Source: Gemmatimonadota bacterium (GTDB taxonomy: Bacteria > Gemmatimonadota > Gemmatimonadetes > Gemmatimonadales > GWC2-71-9). Taken from it: a DNA stretch of 64,000 bases. Below the pieces are notes generated by a model. That model worked only from the letters and a program-made list of their open reading frames with translations, was not told the DNA's origin and did not search any database. This document shows positions 47,307-54,313 of the stretch, in pieces. The stretch is taken from NCBI GenBank assembly GCA_039586895.1, contig JBDHJM010000001.1, positions 8,882 through 72,881 of the forward strand. The letters are read 5' to 3'. A program made the translations under genes and the position numbers. The stretch's first letter is position 1. Every line of letters begins with the position of its first letter.

Positions 47307-48304
47307 AGGTCCTCGTCACCGGCGGCACTGGGCTCGTCGGCAGCCACGTAATCGAGCGCCTGGTGCAGCGCGGCGACCAGGTGGTGGCCCCCGTGCGCCG
47401 CGAGGAGGGGCGCGCTGCAGTGGAGAGCCTCGGAGCCCGCAGCGCGCTGGGAGCCGTCGAGGACGGGCGAACTTGGGAGCTCGCCGCAGACGTCGACGCC
47501 ATCGTGCACACGGCGGCGATCGTAGTGCAGTCCGCCCCGTGGGAGCGCTACCGAACGGTGAACGTGGACTCGGTCCGCCTGGCGGCGGAAGCGGCGGCGC
47601 GCGCAGGCGCGCGGCTGGTGCACATCTCGTCGGTTGCGGTGTACGGTCGCGGCGTGGATCTGGCCCCCGGCGAGAAGATCGCGGAGGATCTGCCGTTCCG
47701 CCCCATTGCCGACGCCGACTTCTACGCCCGCTCCAAACGGCTCGCGGAAGAAACCCTGTGGGCCACCGCGCAGAAGCGGGGCCTCCGCGCGGCCGCGCTC
47801 AGGCCGTGCGTGATCTACGGCGAGAGAGAGCGGATCTTCATGGCCCGCGTGCTGCGCATGCTTCGCACCGGCTTGGTTCCGCTGGTGGGACGCGGTGACA
47901 ATCACCTGTCGGTGGTGTACGCCGGCAACGTGGCCGGGGCGGTGCTGGCTGCGCTGGACCGGCCGGAGGTGGAGGGGCCGTTCAACATCACCAACGACGG
48001 CGGGATCACGCAGCGCGAGTTCTTCGAGACCATCGGCGCGGCCGCCGGACGCCGGCTCCGCTTCGTGCGGCTGCCTATGTGGGCGGCGCTGGCTGCGGGC
48101 CACGCCTGGCACTGGTGGCGCCGCCTCACGCAGCCCGGCCGCTACGCGGGGATCGGCGGTTCCGGCGCGCGCTTTCTGCGGCGCGAGAATCCGTTTATCT
48201 CGGCCAAGGCGGAGGCGGAGCTGGAGTGGCGACCGGCTACCGCGCCGCGCGATGCGCTGCGCCGCACCGTGGAGTGGTTCGTTGGTGAGAGGGGCCCTAC
48301 TTAG
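47303..48304 (+). CDS. NAD-dependent epimerase/dehydratase (extended SDR)
   Basis: MKVLVTGGTGLVGSHV (TGxxGxxG), ...YARSK (YxxxK). Confidence 0.85.
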   Translation: MKVLVTGGTGLVGSHVIERLVQRGDQVVAPVRREEGRAAVESLGARSALGAVEDGRTWELAADVDAIVHTAAIVVQSAPWERYRTVNVDSVRLAAEAAARAGARLVHISSVAVYGRGVDLAPGEKIAEDLPFRPIADADFYARSKRLAEETLWATAQKRGLRAAALRPCVIYGERERIFMARVLRMLRTGLVPLVGRGDNHLSVVYAGNVAGAVLAALDRPEVEGPFNITNDGGITQREFFETIGAAAGRRLRFVRLPMWAALAAGHAWHWWRRLTQPGRYAGIGGSGARFLRRENPFISAKAEAELEWRPATAPRDALRRTVEWFVGERGPT

Positions 48305-49397
48305 GTCCGAAATCCACGACCACTTCACCGCGCGTGTTCAGCACTGCCAGCACCGTGGCCTCCCGTTCTCGAAAGCCCGCCAGCACGGTGTCGGCGGACA
48401 TTCTTCCGGGGCGCTGCCGGTCGGCCTCGCGCCGCGAGATGCGCCCGATAGGGGCGCGCATCTCCCACCGCCGTATGAACCACGCTCCGCTCGGCAGGAC
48501 GGCGAACTCGACGGTTCCACCCACGAGCTCGGCGGGTGCCCAGCGGCCCAGGTTGGTGTAGCTGAACTGGAGCTGCCGCAGCGCCGTGGTCGCGGTGTCC
48601 ACCCACAGCACACCCCTGATGTCCGGTAGCTCGCGGTCCCGCACTGGTTCGAACGCCAGACCCACCACCGCCGACGAGTCCTCGGCCGCGCGCTGGATGT
48701 GAAAGCAGTGCGCGTCGAGGAACAGCTCGGATACCAACACCTGGCCGTCGGGACCGTAGTAGATGGGCCCGCCGGGAGCCGGCTGCACGAATCCGTACTG
48801 CATTAGGCTGTCTGCGGAGATGCTCTCGAACGGCCACGCGCTGAATCCGAGGCGGCGGCGCGTGGTGTCGGAAACGACTGCGAGGAAGTTCGTGAGCGTT
48901 CGCTCCGTGAAGGCACTGCGAAAGCGGTACAGGCGCTGGTCGATGGTCCACTGCGTGGCGCCGAGCGCCTTCTTGACCTCTTCCCATAATGCGGCCGCGG
49001 GCTCGCCGGCTCCGGGCCGCACCCGGCACGTCTGCTCCGCTTCGACGGTGAACGCCGGCAGGGCCACACGCAGCATGGTCATCGTGATGTCCTGCTCGAC
49101 CGACTGGCCGATCTCCAGCGCGATGAGCTCCGACTCCCACTTTTCGTAGCCCACGACGAGGGCACGGAGCCGGAACGACCCCGCGGTGTCCCCGCGCACC
49201 ACGAAACGTCCCAGCGCGTCGGTCAGCGAGCGGGAGTGGGCCTGCTCGGCGGAGTCGAGCAGCAGCACCCAGGCGCCGGTCACCGGCTCTCCGTCGAGAG
49301 CGTCCACGATGCGCCCGCGCACCACCTGGGCACCAGCTCCCGAGGGAAGCGCGCATGCCAGCAGGCACGCGACAGCCAACCGCACGCTCGGTTGCAT
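48297..49397 (-). CDS. Secreted protein with N-terminal carboxypeptidase-regulatory-like domain
   Basis: Signal peptide, then VVRGRIVDALDGEPVTGAWVLLLD...GRFVVRGDTAGSFRLRALVVGY. The rest is unassigned. Confidence 0.65.
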   Translation of the reverse strand: MQPSVRLAVACLLACALPSGAGAQVVRGRIVDALDGEPVTGAWVLLLDSAEQAHSRSLTDALGRFVVRGDTAGSFRLRALVVGYEKWESELIALEIGQSVEQDITMTMLRVALPAFTVEAEQTCRVRPGAGEPAAALWEEVKKALGATQWTIDQRLYRFRSAFTERTLTNFLAVVSDTTRRRLGFSAWPFESISADSLMQYGFVQPAPGGPIYYGPDGQVLVSELFLDAHCFHIQRAAEDSSAVVGLAFEPVRDRELPDIRGVLWVDTATTALRQLQFSYTNLGRWAPAELVGGTVEFAVLPSGAWFIRRWEMRAPIGRISRREADRQRPGRMSADTVLAGFREREATVLAVLNTRGEVVVDFGPK

Positions 49398-49408
49398 TCA
49401 GATCACGC

Positions 49409-49849
49409 TCAGGGGTTGCCTATGTCCACGGCGACCTTCCAGGTGCCGTCCGACTCCTTGCGCCAGATCGTGAGATAGGTGCCGGACATGTCGACCGGCG
49501 CTCCGCTCTCGCCCCGCGAGGTGAGCCGGTACGTGCCGATGGTGTACCCCATGTCGCCCAGCACGGACACGTCGGCGAGGTCGGGCTTCCAGCGCAGCCC
49601 CAGCGTGGAGTCGGCGAACACCTCCGTCATGTGCTCCCGGATGGCGTCGCGGCCCACCACCCATCCGTCGCCGGAGAACATCCTGCCGTCTTCGGCGAAG
49701 TAGGACGCCCATGCCTCGCCGCCGCCTCGCGCAACCTCCTGCATGAAGGCTATGTCGAGGTCCAGCAGGGCCTGGCGCTCGGTCTCGAGATCGGGCATCT
49801 GGGTGCACGCGACCAGTGCCGCGCACAGTGCTGCGGAGAACGCTTTCAT
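49409..49849 (-). CDS. SnoaL/DUF4440-like (NTF2-fold) lipoprotein
   Basis: Lipobox (ALVAC). ...F..DG......G..V.GR.AI...M......L.W.P....VS..GD.GYT.G.Y......G......G.Y...W.K..DG.WKV..D pattern. Confidence 0.6.
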   Translation of the reverse strand: MKAFSAALCAALVACTQMPDLETERQALLDLDIAFMQEVARGGGEAWASYFAEDGRMFSGDGWVVGRDAIREHMTEVFADSTLGLRWKPDLADVSVLGDMGYTIGTYRLTSRGESGAPVDMSGTYLTIWRKESDGTWKVAVDIGNP

Positions 49850-49864
49850 TTGGGCTCCTCTGGT

Positions 49865-50449
49865 TTACGGCGCAAAATAATCGGGCGCATTGCCGGGCCT
49901 CCACTTGATGTTGCATCCGATGGAGGGGATCTGTGGCTCCGGAACCGGCCGCCCCGCCAGCACCGCATCCAGTGCCGCCCTGAGGTCGGCTCCGGTCACC
50001 GGCACGTCGTTCCCGGGCCGGCTCGGGTCCAGCTGTCCCCGGTAGGCCAGTGACCCGTCGTCCCCGAACAGGAAGAAGTCCGGCGTGCACGCCGCCTTGA
50101 ACGCCTTGGCCACCTCCTGGGTCTCGTCGAACAGGAAGGGGAATCGCCACCCCTCGCGACGGGCCAGGGCCTCCATGTGCTCGGGCGAGTCGTCCGGGTA
50201 CTTCGCGACGTCGTTGGAGTTGATGGCCACGATGCCGGCTCCCTGGGGCAGGTAATCGGCACCCACTCGGGTGAGCTCCTGCACCACGTGCTTCACGAAC
50301 GGGCAGTGGTTGCAGATGAACATGACGAGCAGGGCCCGCCGGTCCGCAAAGTCCCCGGTGGTGATCGTGCTCCCGTCCACCGCATTGGGCAGGGCAAAAT
50401 CGGGGAGCGGCGTGCCGAGCTCGAGCATGGTTGACGGGGTTGCGACCAT
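49865..50449 (-). CDS. Thioredoxin-fold (AhpC/TSA-like) protein
   Basis: LPDFALPN.DG...T..DF....ALLVMFICNHCPFV... Confidence 0.8.
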   Translation of the reverse strand: MVATPSTMLELGTPLPDFALPNAVDGSTITTGDFADRRALLVMFICNHCPFVKHVVQELTRVGADYLPQGAGIVAINSNDVAKYPDDSPEHMEALARREGWRFPFLFDETQEVAKAFKAACTPDFFLFGDDGSLAYRGQLDPSRPGNDVPVTGADLRAALDAVLAGRPVPEPQIPSIGCNIKWRPGNAPDYFAP

Positions 50450-50549
50450 TTCAGTCCTCCTTGTGCCTTGCTTCCTGTGTGTCCGGGCCGGACCTTCCGA
50501 GCACGCATTCGAGCATCACGGCACCGGCCAACGACTCACGGAGGCAACG

Positions 50550-51638
50550 ATGCGTCTGCTCCACATAGCCACCGCCCTAGCCGCTTGCGGGGCAATGCTC
50601 CAGACGGGGGCGGCCCGGGCCCAGACTCCGGCCGAGCGGGCCGCGGAGTCCGCAGAGCAGCTGCTCCAGGCTCACGGCAACCTGCGCCACCGCCTCGACG
50701 TTCTCGAGAAGCTGATCGACGACGTGCTCTGGTTCGAGCGCCTCGGCGACGTCGCGGTGGTGGAGAAGGTGCGGATCTTCGGGCCGCCGCTGGCCAACGA
50801 GCCCAATCCGCCACCCAGCGGGCCGGGCAACCCGTTCAAATTCTACACCTACATCTTCACTCCGCGCGAGGACTTCGGGGGTAGCAGGCTGCCCCTCATG
50901 GTGCTCCCCCACGGCGGCGTGCACTCCGACTTCACGACCTACTACAGCCGCATCGTCCGGGAGCTGATCGCGCAGGGTTACATCGTGGTCGCACCGGAGT
51001 ACCGCGGCTCCACGGGTTACGGCCGCGGCATGTACCGCGCCATCGACTACGGCGGCCGGGAAGTGGGCGACGTGCTCGCTGCGCGCGACTGGGCCGTGGA
51101 CAACCACCCAAGGGTGGATGGCGGCCGCGTCGGCATCCTGGGGTGGAGCCACGGCGGACTCATCGCGCTGCACAGCCTGTTCGACCACCCGGACCAGTAC
51201 GTCGTGGGGTTCGCCGGCGTGCCCGTGTCCGACCTGGTGCAGCGTATGGGATATCTTGGCCCCAGCTATCAGGCATACTACGACGTGGACTACCACATCG
51301 GAGAGACGCCGCGCGAGAATCTGGATGAGTACAAGCGCCGCTCTCCGGTCTGGAACGTGGAGAAGCTCACGCGCCCCCTGCGCGTGCACGGCAACATCCA
51401 TGACGAGGACGTGAACGTCATCGAGGTCGAGCACCTGATCCAGGCGCTCAAGGCGGCTGACAAGGATTTCGAGTACGAGATCTACGACCTGCCCGGAGGC
51501 CACAGCTTCGACCGTCTCGACACGCCGGAGGCGTGGGACGTGCGCCGGGTGATATACGGCTTCATGGCGCGGCACCTGGACCCGCCGCGCACGAACGTAG
51601 AGCTGGGGCTGCGCGCCAGCGGGCGGGCGGCGCCCTGA
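50550..51638 (+). CDS. Secreted S9-family (prolyl oligopeptidase/dienelactone hydrolase-like) serine hydrolase
   Basis: Signal peptide from ATG 50550. ...VVAPEYRGSTGYG..., nucleophile elbow GILGWSHGG, ...D..V... Confidence 0.85.
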   Translation: MRLLHIATALAACGAMLQTGAARAQTPAERAAESAEQLLQAHGNLRHRLDVLEKLIDDVLWFERLGDVAVVEKVRIFGPPLANEPNPPPSGPGNPFKFYTYIFTPREDFGGSRLPLMVLPHGGVHSDFTTYYSRIVRELIAQGYIVVAPEYRGSTGYGRGMYRAIDYGGREVGDVLAARDWAVDNHPRVDGGRVGILGWSHGGLIALHSLFDHPDQYVVGFAGVPVSDLVQRMGYLGPSYQAYYDVDYHIGETPRENLDEYKRRSPVWNVEKLTRPLRVHGNIHDEDVNVIEVEHLIQALKAADKDFEYEIYDLPGGHSFDRLDTPEAWDVRRVIYGFMARHLDPPRTNVELGLRASGRAAP

Positions 51639-51705
51639 TCCTGGAGCGCAAAGCGGCCGGCAGCTGGCTCTCACGGCTTGACCGCTCCCGCTTCGCATCG
51701 GCACT

Positions 51706-52515
51706 ATGCGAGACCGTGGAGGGGCCTCCGTGACCGACCGCATGCGTGAAGTGGACGTCGTCAGGCAGGGCGGCGAGGGAACCGAGCCGGTATCCGACCA
51801 CGTGGCAGTGGAGGAGCCGCTGGAGATCCGCCTGCGCGATGCTCCGCTCGCGGTGGTGATGCGCACTCCCGGCGACGACGCGGACCTCGCAACTGGCTTC
51901 TTTCTCACCGAGGCGATCCTGCTGGAGCCCGGTGAGATCGCGGCATTGGAGACCCCCGAGGAGGGCCGGCTCTCGGTGTCGCTGCGCGACGGCGTGGACG
52001 TGGATCCGGCGCGGTTCCAGCGCAACCTCTTCGTATCGAGCTCCTGCGGGGTGTGCGGCAAGGCATCGATCGAGGCCGTTCAGCTGTTCGCAAAGCCGGC
52101 ACCGGAGTTCTCGGTGCGGCGGGAGCTGGCGGCCAGCCTAACCGACCGCCTGCGCACACAGCAGCCCACGTTCGACGCAACCGGCGGCCTTCACGCGGCA
52201 GGGCTGTTCGATCTCGAGGGTACGGCGCTCGCGGTACGGGAGGACGTGGGCCGGCACAACGCGGTGGACAAGGCAATCGGCGCGGCGGCGGTGAAACAGT
52301 GGCCGCTGCCCAAGTGCCTGCTCGTGGTGTCGGGCCGTCAGAGTTTCGAGATCGTGCAGAAGGCGGCCGTGGTGGGAATCGGTGGAGTGATTGGCGTGTC
52401 GGCCCCATCCACACTGGCGGTCGAGCTGGCAGAGTCGCTTGGGATGCTGCTGATCGGATTCTCGCGCGGCCCGTCGTTCAACGTCTACGCCGGGGCCGCC
52501 CGCCTGACCGGTTAG
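51706..52515 (+). CDS. fdhD: Formate dehydrogenase accessory sulfurtransferase FdhD
   Basis: ...VSSSCGVCGKASIE... (catalytic Cys loop), ...GGLHAAGLF..., ...EDVGRHNAVDK..., ...VSGR.SFE.V.KA... GTG 51730 (GGAGG upstream) and ATG 51742 are alternative starts. Confidence 0.9.
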   Translation: MRDRGGASVTDRMREVDVVRQGGEGTEPVSDHVAVEEPLEIRLRDAPLAVVMRTPGDDADLATGFFLTEAILLEPGEIAALETPEEGRLSVSLRDGVDVDPARFQRNLFVSSSCGVCGKASIEAVQLFAKPAPEFSVRRELAASLTDRLRTQQPTFDATGGLHAAGLFDLEGTALAVREDVGRHNAVDKAIGAAAVKQWPLPKCLLVVSGRQSFEIVQKAAVVGIGGVIGVSAPSTLAVELAESLGMLLIGFSRGPSFNVYAGAARLTG

Positions 52516-52576
52516 ACTGCGGCACGAGAGCGGCGCTCCCCGAACGGTTCGCTGAGTGCCGGCCCCCCGGCATTCG

Positions 52577-52620
52577 TTGCGGGGTGACGAAGAAACGCTA
52601 GTATTTCTATAGGATATAGA
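52577..52620 (+). promoter_or_regulatory. Promoter candidate plus AT-rich palindrome abutting the FDH operon start codon
   Basis: TTGCGG (52577-52582), 16-nt spacer, TAGTAT (52599-52604). Then TCTATA-GGA-TATAGA (52606-52620), ending 1 nt before ATG 52622. Confidence 0.4.
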
Positions 52621-52621
52621 G

Positions 52622-54292
52622 ATGACGGTCCCTACGACCCAGGAGCTACTCCAGCGCTGGCGTGAGGAGCCCGCTCCGCTCCTGCCGCTGCTACATGCGG
52701 TGCACGAGCGCGACGGGTTTCTCAGCGACGAGGCGATGCGCGAGATCGCCGCGGCGCTGCGCATTCCCCTGGCCGAGCTGTTCGGCGACGTGACGTTCTA
52801 CCATCACCTGTCGCGCGAGCCGCTGGGGCAGCAGGCGCCGCGTGTATGCACCGGCCCGGTGTGCCGCTTCAAGGGCGGCGCCGAGCTGCTGGACGCCCTC
52901 AAGAAAGACGGCGCGACGCCCATGCCCTGCGCCGGCCGCTGCGACGAGCCGGTTCCGGTGCTCAAGGGCTTTCAGGTGCTGGTGGGACGCAGCGCGGAGG
53001 GGCTGGAGCCACGCCCCTCGCCGCTGCCCGTGCCCAATCCCGGCGGATTCGAGGAGTGCGTCTTCTCGGCGATCCGCGAGCGGGAACGCAGCACCATCAA
53101 GGGATACCGCGCGAGCGAGGGCTACGAGGCGCTCACCCGCGCGGTCGACGAGCTGCAGCCGGAGGACGTGATCGGGATCGTGACCGACAGCCAGCTTGCT
53201 GGGCGCGGCGGCGCGGGGTTCCCGACCGGGGTGAAGTGGAAGGCGGTGGCGGACGCCCCGGGCGAGCCCAAGACGATCGTGTGCAACGCCGACGAAGGTG
53301 AGCCGGGGTGCTTCAAGGACCGCACCATCCTGGACTACGACCCGCACGCCGTGCTCGAAGGGATGGCGCTGGCGGCGTATGCAACCGGGGCCACGCGCGG
53401 TTTCATCTATCTCAGGTACGAGTACCCAGAGACGTTCGAGACCCTGGAGCGGGCCATCACCGAGGCGGAGAAGGACGGTTATCTGGGAGAGGGGATCCTC
53501 GACAAGGACTTCGATTTTCGCGTCTACCTGCGGCGCGGTGCGGGAGCCTACATCTGCGGCGAGGAGGGCTCGCTGCTCAACAGCCTCGAGGGTAAACACC
53601 CCTTCCCGCGCAACCGGCCGCCCTTCCCCGTCACGCACGGCTACGAGAACCTCCCCACCGTGGTCAACAACGTCGAGACGCTGGCCGCCGCGTGCCACAT
53701 AGTGCGCAAGGGAGCCGAGTGGTACCGGGGGCTGGGACTGAACGGGCATGCCGGCACCAAGGTGATCTCGCTGTCCGGCGACGTACGGCATCCAGGGAAC
53801 TACGAGGTGCCGTTCGGCCTGCCGCTGGAGACTCTGCTGCTCGAGTGGGCCGGCGGGCCGGAGGACGGACGCACCGTGCAGGCGGTCACCATGGCGGGGC
53901 TTTCCGGCGGCTTCCTGGCGGGCGGCGACCTGAACGTCACACTCGACGAGCCCAGCATCCGCTCGAAAGGATCGTTCCTCGGCGCCGGCGGCATCATGGT
54001 GTTCGATGATTCCCGCGACATGGTGGATACCGCGAGGGATGCAATGTCGTTCTTCGCGCACGAATCGTGCGGCAAGTGCTTCCCGTGCCGCATCGGAACA
54101 CAGCGCCTCACCGAGCGGTTGGCCGGGGAGGCGGGACCGAGTGATCTCGAGCAGTGGATCGACGAGGTGAGCGACCTGGGCCAGACGATGAAGGCGGTGA
54201 GCGCCTGCGGTCTCGGTCTCGCGGCGCCGCTGATCACCGAGAGCCTGCTCAGGTATTTTCCCGAGCGCGTCGCCGCGCACGTGACCGGCTGA
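52622..54292 (+). CDS. NAD(P)-linked formate dehydrogenase diaphorase subunit (NuoE-like + NuoF-like fusion)
   Basis: N-terminal thioredoxin-like 2Fe-2S module (CTGPVC ... CAGRC). NuoF core (GRGGAGFPTGVKW, FMN/NADH sites, C-terminal ESCGKCFPCR 4Fe-4S). Confidence 0.9.
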   Translation: MTVPTTQELLQRWREEPAPLLPLLHAVHERDGFLSDEAMREIAAALRIPLAELFGDVTFYHHLSREPLGQQAPRVCTGPVCRFKGGAELLDALKKDGATPMPCAGRCDEPVPVLKGFQVLVGRSAEGLEPRPSPLPVPNPGGFEECVFSAIRERERSTIKGYRASEGYEALTRAVDELQPEDVIGIVTDSQLAGRGGAGFPTGVKWKAVADAPGEPKTIVCNADEGEPGCFKDRTILDYDPHAVLEGMALAAYATGATRGFIYLRYEYPETFETLERAITEAEKDGYLGEGILDKDFDFRVYLRRGAGAYICGEEGSLLNSLEGKHPFPRNRPPFPVTHGYENLPTVVNNVETLAAACHIVRKGAEWYRGLGLNGHAGTKVISLSGDVRHPGNYEVPFGLPLETLLLEWAGGPEDGRTVQAVTMAGLSGGFLAGGDLNVTLDEPSIRSKGSFLGAGGIMVFDDSRDMVDTARDAMSFFAHESCGKCFPCRIGTQRLTERLAGEAGPSDLEQWIDEVSDLGQTMKAVSACGLGLAAPLITESLLRYFPERVAAHVTG

Positions 54293-54313
54293 CCGGCGGG
54301 AGAGGACACGAAC

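Noticed and set aside
52516-52621. Moco riboswitch or other leader RNA upstream of the FDH structural genes
   Set aside because: The spacer is only 106 nt. It appears to hold a short hairpin (GCCGG-CCCC-CCGGC) plus a promoter-like region. I cannot recognise the Moco motif by eye, so it needs an Rfam scan before any claim.
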